DNA of 64,000 nucleotides from a virus, in the IMG/VR virus record IMGVR_UViG_3300024346_006511, positions 1 through 64,000 of that record; one strand, given 5' to 3'. The notes under the pieces were generated by a model. The model was not told the DNA's origin and searched no databases. It was given only the letters and a program-made list of their open reading frames with translations. Each line of letters opens with the position of its first letter. The stretch's first letter is position 1. Both the position numbers and the translations under genes were made by a program. Below are positions 18,899 to 28,878 of the stretch, in pieces.

Positions 18899-19484
18899 TT
18901 AAATTTAATTTATAACCGTTGAACTGAATCATATACGAAGTAATTTTAGTTCCGAATCCGTCTTTTCTTACCTTGCCAGTTCTAAACCATTTTCTAACAC
19001 TACCTGCTCCTCCTAAATGAGCTGCTGCAAGTAATCCTGATTCTGTAATATATACTCCATGTACTACAGTTCCACTGTGTTCTTCTATTAATTTACGAAG
19101 TCTTTTTTTATTATACAACAAAAGTTTTTGCATTGCCTTTTCCTGTATGTATGGGCTATTTAAGAATTCATCCTTCGTTACTTTGAATCCTAATCCTTTC
19201 AAAGTAGACTTACCAAATTGGTACCTACCCATGTAACCGTATTTGTTAACAATTTGATATCTGTTTCCAGACTCTCTATGTCCGATAGCATCTAAGAACT
19301 GTAAATGTCCTTTGATTACTACATTAACTTCTAACTCTGGGATTGTTTCTGCTTCAATTATTACAGCAGGTTTTGTTTCTATTTCTATTGGTGCTATTAT
19401 AGCATATCGCTTCTTTACTGTTGTGAATGCCATTACTGTAAACATAATAATAGCGCACAAAATAATTGTTCGAAATTTATTCAT
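18888..19484 (-). CDS. Lysozyme-like/transglycosylase protein with N-terminal anchor
   Basis: AIGHRESGNRY, GYMGRYQFG, LAAAHLGG. Confidence 0.75.
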   Translation of the reverse strand: MNKFRTIILCAIIMFTVMAFTTVKKRYAIIAPIEIETKPAVIIEAETIPELEVNVVIKGHLQFLDAIGHRESGNRYQIVNKYGYMGRYQFGKSTLKGLGFKVTKDEFLNSPYIQEKAMQKLLLYNKKRLRKLIEEHSGTVVHGVYITESGLLAAAHLGGAGSVRKWFRTGKVRKDGFGTKITSYMIQFNGYKLNLNGV

Positions 19485-19658
19485 AAAATAGTTTTAGTTA
19501 AACATATCAAGGAAGCCTGTTCCTATCCTTTTTTCTCGTAACTTTTCATTACGTTCATGTTGCTTTACTAGGTCGTCAGCAACTTTTCTCTCGAGTGGTT
19601 TCTTCTTCTTCCAAGTAGAAAATTTATTATTTTTCTTCTTTTCCATACTAATAAATAG

Positions 19659-20288
19659 TTAAAGCCTTGAGATATATTCACTTCCATCTTCTTCCTCATC
19701 ATATAACCCTAGTTCTCTTAAGTGTTCTATATGAGCTTGATTCATCTCCCAATCGGGCTCATCAACTTTAGTTTTGACGTAATCTTCCATTGCCTCTGCT
19801 TGTTTCTCTTCGATTGGTGACTCGCCATATAGAAAGGAGCAATTGTAACAGAGAAACTCAATGTTATCAAGGTTCCAATTTTTTTTATTTTTATCTTTAA
19901 AATTGAGAATAATAGGTACTTTTAGGTCTGTAACTCTTCTTTCTGAGAATCCACATCTATTACATTTCTCTTCTATCAGGCCTTCAAATAAAAGTCTCTG
20001 TTTTATCTTTCTAGCATCAAAATGTTCTATAGGTACTCTACCTTCCAATAAGTCCATAAGAGGAATTTTATCAGTACCAGCCAAAGCAAACTTAGGTATG
20101 CCTTCACCAGCTTGATTCTTATGAGCTTCCAGAAGAGTAACTCCTTCTTCATCTTTGTACATCTTAGCGTACTTCTTATAATGATTATAAGACACATGAA
20201 GGTACCTGGCTGCTGCCATATTAGATCGAGTCATCTTCTGGGCTCTAAGGATATCTTCCTTTGTAATTATCTTAGAAGGTCTAGCCAT
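19659..20288 (-). CDS. HTH plus HNH-like zinc-binding protein
   Basis: AAARYLHVS HTH; CNRCG...N..NW.LDN..FLCYNC. Confidence 0.65.
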   Translation of the reverse strand: MARPSKIITKEDILRAQKMTRSNMAAARYLHVSYNHYKKYAKMYKDEEGVTLLEAHKNQAGEGIPKFALAGTDKIPLMDLLEGRVPIEHFDARKIKQRLLFEGLIEEKCNRCGFSERRVTDLKVPIILNFKDKNKKNWNLDNIEFLCYNCSFLYGESPIEEKQAEAMEDYVKTKVDEPDWEMNQAHIEHLRELGLYDEEEDGSEYISRL

Positions 20289-20645
20289 TTAGTAGTTATC
20301 GCCTAGGTCAGGGTCTTGACTTGTGGCTACATTATCTTTTATGGATTGTGAAACTGCATTCTCATCTCTATCTACTTCATCATAGTCTAGGATTTCAAGC
20401 AAGCCTTTCTTATCACCTTTCATTTCTGCTTCTGCTGCAGCTATACTTCTAGCTCTAGATGCATCCATGATGATAATATCATTGTAAGTATGGTCTCCTG
20501 ATCCTTCTACTGTGGTAATACCTACAACAGATTCTACTGTCGAACAGTCAACACAGAAGTTGTATCCGTATTTAGTTTTTCTAAGTTCAGGGTAAGGTTC
20601 GCCGCATTTCGGGCAAGGGATCATAACTAGGTCTTTTACATTCAT
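20289..20645 (-). CDS. TraR/DksA-like C4 zinc-finger protein
   Basis: CPKCGE..PELR......FCVDC. Confidence 0.6.
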   Translation of the reverse strand: MNVKDLVMIPCPKCGEPYPELRKTKYGYNFCVDCSTVESVVGITTVEGSGDHTYNDIIIMDASRARSIAAAEAEMKGDKKGLLEILDYDEVDRDENAVSQSIKDNVATSQDPDLGDNY

Positions 20646-20701
20646 ATAACGATTATTTATTTATACTAAATATAAGAAAAAATACGCAGGGGAGCAACTT
20701 A

Positions 20702-21106
20702 TTAGTTAGTTATTTCACTAATTACGTTCCATACTTCTTCAGCTGTCTTAAACTTAACAACCTCTTCTTTTTTTCCTCTTTGTATAGTAATAGTACCGTC
20801 CCAGTCCTTATCAGGATGTAATTGGAATAGGTACATTTGAATTAAACCAAGTTGTTCTTTATTAAATACTAATTTTAAAAGGTCCTCTATGACTGCAAAG
20901 AACTTATCTTCGTAAGTAGTCATATCAACTCCTATCTCGCTACTCATGAAATCTCTTCTATCTTCGATTTCTTTCATATGCCTCATTATTCGTATAAATG
21001 CCAATTTCGTCATAGTCACTTTGTCTGGGGATATAGTTTTTATTCTGTATCCTAGTTTATGTACGGAGTATAAAGCTGCTCTTAATACCTTCTTAGGTTC
21101 TTTCAT
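20702..21106 (-). CDS. Hypothetical protein
   Basis: ORF track. Confidence 0.7.
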   Translation of the reverse strand: MKEPKKVLRAALYSVHKLGYRIKTISPDKVTMTKLAFIRIMRHMKEIEDRRDFMSSEIGVDMTTYEDKFFAVIEDLLKLVFNKEQLGLIQMYLFQLHPDKDWDGTITIQRGKKEEVVKFKTAEEVWNVISEITN

Positions 21107-21261
21107 ATCTTTTCGACTTCAAATATTTTCGTAAAACTTTCAACAGTCATATTTTTCATCCTAGCAAAATTAGATATTGCTGCATTTAAATTACTAGCAG
21201 GCCAAGTATTAATTGCCTCTTTCTTCTTATCGTTCTTGATGTAAAATTTATAACCTGCCAT
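21103..21261 (-). CDS. Hypothetical protein, 52 aa
   Basis: Not in ORF track; fills gap with ATGA overlap. Confidence 0.55.
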   Translation of the reverse strand: MAGYKFYIKNDKKKEAINTWPASNLNAAISNFARMKNMTVESFTKIFEVEKI

Positions 21262-21269
21262 AATGTTTT

Positions 21270-21641
21270 CTATATTTCTGTTCCTGGTTCTTCTTCTGAT
21301 CGTGGATTCTGTCCTGAGAGTGCTTTACGAATTATCTTATCAAAGTATTCAATGTAGATAAAAAAGCCTATAATAGTTTTGTCTTTTAAGTTTCTATCTC
21401 TTTCAACTCTTAGCTCATACTCAGCTAAACCTTGCTCTAATCTTTTTTCAAGTTCAATAGCAATATCATTCTGTTCAGTTGTAGTGATAGAACCAAACTT
21501 AGTAGGTAGGAATTGAACCTTAACTCCTTTCTTCTGAGGATCTTCGTTAGTATCAATTTTAAGAACAAAAGTATGTCCTGCAAAATTAATCTTTGCTGCT
21601 TCTGAGAGAACAGACTTAATATACGTTTCTAATTTTTTCAT
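21270..21641 (-). CDS. Hypothetical protein
   Basis: TATTTAT upstream at 21658-21664. Confidence 0.7.
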   Translation of the reverse strand: MKKLETYIKSVLSEAAKINFAGHTFVLKIDTNEDPQKKGVKVQFLPTKFGSITTTEQNDIAIELEKRLEQGLAEYELRVERDRNLKDKTIIGFFIYIEYFDKIIRKALSGQNPRSEEEPGTEI

Positions 21642-21664
21642 TGTTATAGTCTTTTATATAAATA

Positions 21665-21841
21665 TCAACCGAATAGCATTTGTTTACCATTACTAGCACC
21701 TTCATTAATAATTTTATGGCTGCTTACAGCTCTATTTCTACAGAATTGAGTAATTGACCACTCTATATTATCTGTTATTAGTTCTATTTTGTCCTTTTCG
21801 CCTGAAGCGTAAGTGAACTCAACTAAGTATTTCTTCTTCAT
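21665..21841 (-). CDS. Hypothetical protein, 58 aa
   Basis: Not in ORF track; MKKKYLVEFTYASGEKDKIEL... Confidence 0.55.
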   Translation of the reverse strand: MKKKYLVEFTYASGEKDKIELITDNIEWSITQFCRNRAVSSHKIINEGASNGKQMLFG

Positions 21842-22952
21842 ATTTGATAATGTTAATTGATAGATTGCCTAGAGGTACTCTACCAGGGTTAGGTTTATTT
21901 TGTTTCAGAATAGCACTCATCTGTCTTATATAAATATAATCTTGCTGTGTAAAGTTATTACCGTCTACTTCTATCAGTATATGGTTTTGCTTTTCATTGT
22001 CATAAGGTTTAATTCTATCGTATAAGTCTGTGACTGTGCGTGTTTGCTCTGTTTGTATGTAAGGTTTATAATCTATATCAACATATAAATTATCCGCCCA
22101 AGGTTCTAACTGACCTATCTGTTCTGGTTTACAGTTTTTTATAATAATACCTTTATCGTATTTAGGATAAATTATAGGGTATTGAAAGTTATCATTCTGT
22201 ATCCAATCACCCCATTTACGTTGGTACTCTCTTTCACAACGAGTCATTATCTCTCTATAGTCAGGATTCTCTATTCCTACTCCTGCGTTCCATTTATGTC
22301 CTCTACAGGTCATATGATAAACTAAAGAGTCTCTAGACTGAATCATTTCATATCCGTTATTAATCCACCTATTAAATATATCTGAGTCTTCATATCCAAA
22401 TGGAGCAAACCTTTGATCATGTCCTCCTATTGATAAATGATCTTCTTTATATAGCATCCAAGGAGCAAATATACCTTTAGTAGTATCATTAGTACTATCA
22501 GCTTTTTCCTGAGTGACAAACTTCTCAAAAGCATCCCACATAAAGTTATGAGCTTCATCACCAAAGTTCCTTACTATCTTTTCTCTTCCAGCAGGATGAA
22601 TAGGAGGTTCAATTCTAGTAGCACATACTACTTTTCCTCTCTCTAAATGCTTTAACATATTTTCAAAGTACCCAGGTCCTATAATCATATCTGAATGTAG
22701 AATAGAGACTATATCTGTCTCAGCTATTCTCATACCTTCGTCATACCAATACGTATGACCTTTACGTTCAGTAGCTAATACTCTGTTAAGTCTTTCATCA
22801 CTTAAACTAATTAACCATTCAGCTGTTCCATCTTCTGATGCATCATCTATGATGATAATATCTACATCGCCTCCGTACCTTTTAATACTTTCGTAAGTAT
22901 TTTTAAGATGAGGTAATGTATTGTATGTAGGTATAATTACTGTATGCCGCAT
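21819..22952 (-). CDS. Glycosyltransferase family 2
   Basis: IIPTYN, DDASEDGT, HSD, EDSD. Confidence 0.9.
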   Translation of the reverse strand: MRHTVIIPTYNTLPHLKNTYESIKRYGGDVDIIIIDDASEDGTAEWLISLSDERLNRVLATERKGHTYWYDEGMRIAETDIVSILHSDMIIGPGYFENMLKHLERGKVVCATRIEPPIHPAGREKIVRNFGDEAHNFMWDAFEKFVTQEKADSTNDTTKGIFAPWMLYKEDHLSIGGHDQRFAPFGYEDSDIFNRWINNGYEMIQSRDSLVYHMTCRGHKWNAGVGIENPDYREIMTRCEREYQRKWGDWIQNDNFQYPIIYPKYDKGIIIKNCKPEQIGQLEPWADNLYVDIDYKPYIQTEQTRTVTDLYDRIKPYDNEKQNHILIEVDGNNFTQQDYIYIRQMSAILKQNKPNPGRVPLGNLSINIIKYEEEILS

Positions 22953-23770
22953 ATCATTCCGTTTATATCTTTTTTAGGCATTCCACCCCACTTCTTGTAG
23001 AACTTATTAGCATTAGCTGCCTCAGCTTTCTGCTGCCTATCAGATGATTTATTATCATTCTCTTCTAACCTATGTGAACCTCTAGCACCGAAGTGCCATA
23101 CTATAGATTTGGTTGGCATTAAGAACTTTCCTCCTTCATTTAACATCCTGAGGAACAAATCATAGTCATCCCATGAAGTAGGAGCAAATAGAGGATCGTT
23201 GCCACCAATATAATCCCACCAAGACTTTCGAACAAGGCCGGAAACACCTTCGCCTTTAGGTATTTCAAAGTCATTAACATCTGCAATTTGTTTAGCATAC
23301 TCTATTAGTTCTTTATCTTTAAACTCATCATGGTAAGCTCCGAATGCTTCTTTAGGTACAAAATGCGTACCAGGTCTATCCGAGTCGTTAAACATATTAG
23401 GTTCTATTCTAAAAGAGTTTACCCAGAGCTTTTCATCATCATACTTTTCATGAACTTTCATTAGTTCTAAATCCCAATTAGGAGTAACATAGAAGTCTGA
23501 GTGTAAGAACATAATGTATTTTGTCTTTACTTTCTCAGCACAGAAGTTCATTCCTCCTCCTATACCTTTTGGCTTATCGTTTTGATCGACATAGTAAGTC
23601 ACATTATAACTTTCAGCAAATCCTTTCAACCATTCATTAGTACCGTCTGTACAATTCTCTGCATGTACTATAAACGGAGCATCTTTATAATATGAATGCT
23701 GTCTAACTGATCTAATTGCTAGTTTTAGATAAGGTAAATTATTATATGTACTAATACAAAATGTTATCAT
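22937..23770 (-). CDS. Glycosyltransferase family 2
   Basis: ISTYN, CTDGT, HSD, DDYDL. Confidence 0.85.
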   Translation of the reverse strand: MITFCISTYNNLPYLKLAIRSVRQHSYYKDAPFIVHAENCTDGTNEWLKGFAESYNVTYYVDQNDKPKGIGGGMNFCAEKVKTKYIMFLHSDFYVTPNWDLELMKVHEKYDDEKLWVNSFRIEPNMFNDSDRPGTHFVPKEAFGAYHDEFKDKELIEYAKQIADVNDFEIPKGEGVSGLVRKSWWDYIGGNDPLFAPTSWDDYDLFLRMLNEGGKFLMPTKSIVWHFGARGSHRLEENDNKSSDRQQKAEAANANKFYKKWGGMPKKDINGMICGIQ

Positions 23771-24651
23771 AGGTCTCTTAAAAATTTATTCATAGCATTA
23801 ACTGACTCCTGAGCATACTTTTTAAACACTTCATCATTTCTAGTAGCATTTGTACCTACTCTCTTATTTGGATGCTTGTAGTTATGCCCTTTTAACCTTG
23901 TTGTTATGCATACTTGAGGTATACCTTTAGCTCTTAAGAAATATTCTAAACAAGTATCTTCTCTAACAAAATGCATACCTGGAGCTATAAAAGGAGTTTC
24001 TATTCCTCCTGATAAGCATACAGTACTCCCGTCTAACTTATGAGGTACTTGTTCTATCTTTATATCACCAGATTCATCATTAAATTTATCTAGCTCTTTT
24101 TGAGTAATATAGTCTTTATACTTCCAAGGTGACTCTAGTAACTCTATACAGTCATCTTTATGTGGATTACATTTACAAGGCTTACTGTATCCTCTTAACT
24201 TTTCATGAGTAACTACATCCCAACTGTTATCCCACATTGGTCTTCCTGCAAATGTAAGTGCATGTGGTTGATCTATATTAACTGAGTTTAGTATAGCGAA
24301 AATGTCTCTAGGTAAAATCGTATCTGTTTCACCCCATACTGTATACTTTGCATCAGTATCGTAAATTTCTCTCCTCCAATCAGCTATATTATAAAATGGA
24401 TCATCATTAGTCTTTATAGTTACTTCCGGATTAAAGTCTCTAAATAGAGGATGAGTTGTATGTTTCTTAAGCATATACTCAAAGTTATCTATTTCTGGTT
24501 GTTCTATATATGTCTGAAAGTTAAAGCATATCTTTACTTTTACTTCTACATCAGGAGCAGCTCTCAATGCATTTAGTACTGAGTGCCAGCATTCATCTAT
24601 CATATTAGATTCATACCACATATGGTGTACTTGGTATACTATCATAGCCAA
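23767..24651 (-). CDS. Hypothetical protein, possible GT-A fold
   Basis: GETD (DxD-like), EDT; cluster context. Confidence 0.5.
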   Translation of the reverse strand: MAMIVYQVHHMWYESNMIDECWHSVLNALRAAPDVEVKVKICFNFQTYIEQPEIDNFEYMLKKHTTHPLFRDFNPEVTIKTNDDPFYNIADWRREIYDTDAKYTVWGETDTILPRDIFAILNSVNIDQPHALTFAGRPMWDNSWDVVTHEKLRGYSKPCKCNPHKDDCIELLESPWKYKDYITQKELDKFNDESGDIKIEQVPHKLDGSTVCLSGGIETPFIAPGMHFVREDTCLEYFLRAKGIPQVCITTRLKGHNYKHPNKRVGTNATRNDEVFKKYAQESVNAMNKFLRDL

Positions 24652-25457
24652 TTGCTTTGTAAGATTATTCCCATATAAGTATCTTTGATCTTATCTCTAA
24701 CTGCCCATCCATTCTTTATTTCAAAGTCATAAAGCTCTTTCCAATGGTAAACTTTAAATAAAGGTCCACATGGAACTATATCGATAGGTCTAGCCGCTAG
24801 TAAGTACTCTCCGTAAGTTAAAGTCTCTCTAAAATGGATTCCAAACTGTTGCTTCATTGCCATTTGAAAGTCTTCCATCCCAATCTTATGTTTAGCAAGA
24901 TAGTTCTCTTCAAAATGCTCCAATACTACCCTATTCCATAAATGAGGATTAGGTCCGTAATCGTAAATCCTATTAGACTTACCTCCAAATATTGATCTGT
25001 ATGCCTGAACAGCTTTAGCATATCCAGTCTCACTATACACTCCGTTCTTTAAATATGATTCATACTCTGACTGTTGTACATTCTCATGAATAATAGTATA
25101 GGGAATATTATCATAAGCTATAAAATCAGCTTTGTAAAAATCTCTGATAAAGAAACTATCTGAGTCTAGTATTAGTATGTTGTCTGCAGGTATTGCTTTG
25201 AATGCATGTAGCTTAATTAACATTTGATTCTCCCATCCTGCTAATACATTATAAGGAATATAAATCTCTTCATCAGTAATAACAGTACAATCAAAACCAT
25301 CTAATGTTTCCTTTAAAGCATCTACGTCAGATGCAGGGCAAGAAAAGTAAACAGGTAGTGAATCTTTATTATGTTCTGTTAACGAATCTACTAGCTTAAC
25401 AATTCTAGAGAAGTCATTTACATATGTCTTACAGTATAGTGCTAAATTATAATTCAT
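24642..25457 (-). CDS. DUF6492-like putative glycosyltransferase
   Basis: GWENQMLIKL, LDSD. Confidence 0.6.
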   Translation of the reverse strand: MNYNLALYCKTYVNDFSRIVKLVDSLTEHNKDSLPVYFSCPASDVDALKETLDGFDCTVITDEEIYIPYNVLAGWENQMLIKLHAFKAIPADNILILDSDSFFIRDFYKADFIAYDNIPYTIIHENVQQSEYESYLKNGVYSETGYAKAVQAYRSIFGGKSNRIYDYGPNPHLWNRVVLEHFEENYLAKHKIGMEDFQMAMKQQFGIHFRETLTYGEYLLAARPIDIVPCGPLFKVYHWKELYDFEIKNGWAVRDKIKDTYMGIILQSNWL

Positions 25458-26268
25458 CTAATGTTATTCGTTCAAATCGTTTATCTGCTGGGCTATTATT
25501 AGACAATATACGAACTTTAATGTTCTTATCCAAGAAATAATCATACATTTCTTTTGTAGAGTCGATTGTCTCTTTTAACTCTTCATAGTCAGGACCTGCT
25601 CCTGCATTTGTTTTATAGAGTGATTCAGCATGCTCCTTAACCCAATCCTCATCTCCTAACTTATACCCTTTTTGTTTCTCGAACTTAGACAGGTCTCCTA
25701 TATCCCATCCTATTGTAACGATCTCTTTTGCTCCTAAATGCATAGCTAAAGGAAATCCTGATTCATACATAATACCAGGTCCCCAAATAACTCTCCCTTC
25801 TCCATAGGTTTCAAATTGATTGAACCTTCTACTGTATGCAGTAGTGTTGTTCATATCGACCCAAGGTGTAGAGTAACAAGGTATCAGAATATCTGCTGGA
25901 GATTTCCATTCTTCTTTTATACGATTAATCTCATAAGGCATATTCATTGCTGTTAGTTGCCAATGAACTATTGTATCCTCAGAGTAATATTCGTACGGTT
26001 GATAAGAGTAAGCAGACATTAAATGAAATGTAGCTACTTCCTTAACATAGTCATAAGATTGCTTGCATGCTAGAACTGTTTTACCTTTTAGTTTACTTAA
26101 TAGTTTTTCTCTATTGTGCTCTGTTAAGGATGGTCCGCAACTGATTAAGTATATAGTCTCATCTTTACAAGCATCTTTAAGTAACTTAATTCGTTCGTAA
26201 CTATCGTTTGTTTTGCTTATTAGCTTTTTTAACTCCATATTTACTAAATCTATACCATGCTCTTTCAT
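25447..26268 (-). CDS. DUF115/Maf-like putative nonulosonate transferase
   Basis: YLISCGPSL, HLGAKEIVTIGWD. Confidence 0.65.
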   Translation of the reverse strand: MKEHGIDLVNMELKKLISKTNDSYERIKLLKDACKDETIYLISCGPSLTEHNREKLLSKLKGKTVLACKQSYDYVKEVATFHLMSAYSYQPYEYYSEDTIVHWQLTAMNMPYEINRIKEEWKSPADILIPCYSTPWVDMNNTTAYSRRFNQFETYGEGRVIWGPGIMYESGFPLAMHLGAKEIVTIGWDIGDLSKFEKQKGYKLGDEDWVKEHAESLYKTNAGAGPDYEELKETIDSTKEMYDYFLDKNIKVRILSNNSPADKRFERITLDEL

Positions 26269-26428
26269 GAAAATAATAAAGAACCATTTTTGTTATAACT
26301 TCTACTGCTCCTATAGTAAGGCCTGCTTGCCATGAGCCAGTAATAAGACCTGAAAGAATAATAGTATCTAATGTTCCTATTAATCTCCAGCTTATAGTTT
26401 TGAGTACGTGTCTTTTTCTGCTTACCAT
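26201..26428 (-). CDS. DUF2061 membrane protein
   Basis: KTISWR..GT.DT...K..LYY.HER.W. Confidence 0.85.
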   Translation of the reverse strand: MVSRKRHVLKTISWRLIGTLDTIILSGLITGSWQAGLTIGAVEVITKMVLYYFHERAWYRFSKYGVKKANKQNKR

Positions 26429-27028
26429 TTATAATATTCTATCTTCTTTATTTCTTCTGTACCTATCTTTGCCATTAGGGTTAAAGTAATCTTCGTAATA
26501 TGTCAACGGCACTGATAGTTGTTTTGATAACATCTGTAGCATAGTTTCGTAATGCATTAAATCTCTTACCGCTCTATGTGTACAATCTATTGGAATGTCA
26601 TCTGGATCGTAAATGTATTGTTTGGTCGAATTATATGCAGATCTATCTCCTTTAATTGCTTTACCCCATTGGTCTGGTGTGTTGTACAGAAGCATATGAG
26701 CATAGCTTTCTATATGTGCAATAGTATCTTTTCTAGATAGAAGTATAACCTCATCAAACTTTGCTGCTAAGTTCTTATGCCAATTTACCTGCTGTTGTTG
26801 AAAAAGATAATGTTGTACTTTATCTGGGTTATGAGCAGTAGGGGTATATAGTATGCCGTTTTTAACTACGAAAGATTTTAATGACCAAGCTATCTCACCT
26901 GGTGTTGGATTACTTGAATCACTACCATCCCATGGGTTAAAGTAACCTTTAACTTTTCTTTCTTTTACTAGCTTTTTAAATAGACTAGTAGATCCAGTTC
27001 TAGGAGAGTTAATAATTAATGTCTTCAT
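26429..27028 (-). CDS. Sulfotransferase-like protein (Stf0-like)
   Basis: PRTGSTSL PAPS loop, ILLSRKD...S, YYED. Confidence 0.65.
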   Translation of the reverse strand: MKTLIINSPRTGSTSLFKKLVKERKVKGYFNPWDGSDSSNPTPGEIAWSLKSFVVKNGILYTPTAHNPDKVQHYLFQQQQVNWHKNLAAKFDEVILLSRKDTIAHIESYAHMLLYNTPDQWGKAIKGDRSAYNSTKQYIYDPDDIPIDCTHRAVRDLMHYETMLQMLSKQLSVPLTYYEDYFNPNGKDRYRRNKEDRIL

Positions 27029-27426
27029 TATATCTTACCATCTTTTTTCATCTGTTCCCTTATCTTAGTTGCTGAGATATTCTTAACATCGTCCGGAGGG
27101 CAATGCTCTATTACATCGTAACCTACTCCTCTACCTATATTAATTGATTCAATATCAGGTACGATAGTGCATTTTACTCTACCCTGCTCTATCAGATCTT
27201 TTAACTCATGACCTAAATTAACTAATACCTCTTGGGCAGTCCAAGGGTTCTTTTCATCTGGTGGAATATCTCTAATTGCAATCCATACGTTCTTACCTTC
27301 CTCTAACCTTTGATCAATAAGCCATCTATGACCTGCATGCCAAGGTTGCCATCTTCCAATATACATTGAGTATTTATTCTCATTATATGAAGACTGAAAT
27401 GCTGCTTGTGCTAAATACTTTTTCAT
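27028..27426 (-). CDS. HIGH-superfamily nucleotidyltransferase
   Basis: GRWQPWHAGH, ISATKIR. Confidence 0.8.
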   Translation of the reverse strand: MKKYLAQAAFQSSYNENKYSMYIGRWQPWHAGHRWLIDQRLEEGKNVWIAIRDIPPDEKNPWTAQEVLVNLGHELKDLIEQGRVKCTIVPDIESINIGRGVGYDVIEHCPPDDVKNISATKIREQMKKDGKI

Positions 27427-27761
27427 ATTCCTTGATCTCTTACTAAGTTTATTGCTATAGCTCTATCACCTGGTTCTTTAGGAGATAAATCATTAATTAG
27501 GTATCTAGGTCCTCTCTCTATTCCCATTATAAGTCTATGGTAGGGAATATTATTCATCTCTAATTCTAATTCTGTATGTCTTCTCAGCTCTTCAGGTCTT
27601 GCTGTTGTTAATAGAATCATATGTCCATCGTTAAACTGATCTGTTATGTACTCTATTGTACTCTCTATAGGTAATGCAGGGTTAGTTTCGTAAGTTACAA
27701 ACTCACGGTACTTTATTAGCGTACCATCTATGTCACAAAAAAATGTTTTATTCTTTATCAT
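27423..27761 (-). CDS. HAD-family phosphatase
   Basis: DIDGTL, TTAR, IND. Confidence 0.8.
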   Translation of the reverse strand: MIKNKTFFCDIDGTLIKYREFVTYETNPALPIESTIEYITDQFNDGHMILLTTARPEELRRHTELELEMNNIPYHRLIMGIERGPRYLINDLSPKEPGDRAIAINLVRDQGI

Positions 27762-28195
27762 ATTCCAAATACTATGTGTTCAATTATATTATATGTCCCT
27801 GATGGACTTTCGTAAGTTGTATCGACATTGACGAAATTCTCTTTAGGAGCAACATATGCATCAGTTTTAAAATGATCTCTTTCTCTCTCTTGAGTAGTGT
27901 TAACATAAAACTCTGTAATGTTATCTCCTAATAGTTTTTTAAATTCCTCTCTTTGATCAATATAAGGAGCAACAACTGATACTATTACATCTCTACCTTG
28001 GTTGTGTAAGTAGTGAGCGATCTTCTGTGCTGTATTGACGTTATTAACTCTACCGTTAATAGAGTAATCTTTATTTGTAGTTAACTCTCTTAAGTCGTCT
28101 CCATCTATATGGTACGAATGAGGTAACGCATTCTTTAGCATTTTAGCTAATGTAGTTTTGCCTGCTCCTGGCTGACCTGTAAACCAATATATCAT
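27758..28195 (-). CDS. cysC: Adenylylsulfate (APS) kinase
   Basis: WFTGQPGAGKTT, IDGDDLR, R..N, APY..QR. Confidence 0.8.
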   Translation of the reverse strand: MIYWFTGQPGAGKTTLAKMLKNALPHSYHIDGDDLRELTTNKDYSINGRVNNVNTAQKIAHYLHNQGRDVIVSVVAPYIDQREEFKKLLGDNITEFYVNTTQERERDHFKTDAYVAPKENFVNVDTTYESPSGTYNIIEHIVFGI

Positions 28196-28878
28196 AATGT
28201 TTCGTATAATTTTTCACCAATATTAAATTGCCATTCGTAATCAATATCGAATGCTTCTAGCTCAGGCATTTGGAATAACTTTATTCCGCCTGGTGCTTCA
28301 AAGTCGCCCATAAACTTATCCTGTTTAATGAGGTCTAATCTTGAAGCATATAGCACATGAGCTGCTTCATAGGTAGGCTCAACTGCTTTAGTATTCATAA
28401 TAGTTTGACCATCAGGCCAAGGTGTTACTAAAGAACCTTCTTTGTTCCAATAGTACTGTTTCTTCTCCATAACCGCAAATAGGTTCTCTTCCTCTTGCAT
28501 GTTAAACTTATTATAAAAGTCTCTTATTGTTTTTACTTCCAGCAATGGATTACATCCAGAAACTAACATTACGTACTTATAATTCGAAGGCAACTTATCA
28601 TGCCATTCGTAGATAGCTTGTAAGGAATTATCATTATTAGCTGATACTCTGCTTCTATTAAATACGTTGATTGATTTACTCTTAGCTATATCAACAAGCT
28701 CAGGTTCATAGACTGAAGCCCATATGTTATCTTGTTTGCTAGGTAATGCTTCTTTGACTTTGTCTAATACTATATCAAAAAGCGTAGTACCAGCAAAAGG
28801 TCTTATCATCTTCTGTGGCACTCTTTGACTATTAAGTCTAGCTTGTACTATAATTGCTATACTATCTAATGGCTTCAT
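28192..28878 (-). CDS. neuA: CMP-nonulosonate synthetase (acylneuraminate cytidylyltransferase)
   Basis: IVQARLNSQRVPQKMIRPFAG, DID..WQF. Confidence 0.85.
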   Translation of the reverse strand: MKPLDSIAIIVQARLNSQRVPQKMIRPFAGTTLFDIVLDKVKEALPSKQDNIWASVYEPELVDIAKSKSINVFNRSRVSANNDNSLQAIYEWHDKLPSNYKYVMLVSGCNPLLEVKTIRDFYNKFNMQEEENLFAVMEKKQYYWNKEGSLVTPWPDGQTIMNTKAVEPTYEAAHVLYASRLDLIKQDKFMGDFEAPGGIKLFQMPELEAFDIDYEWQFNIGEKLYETL

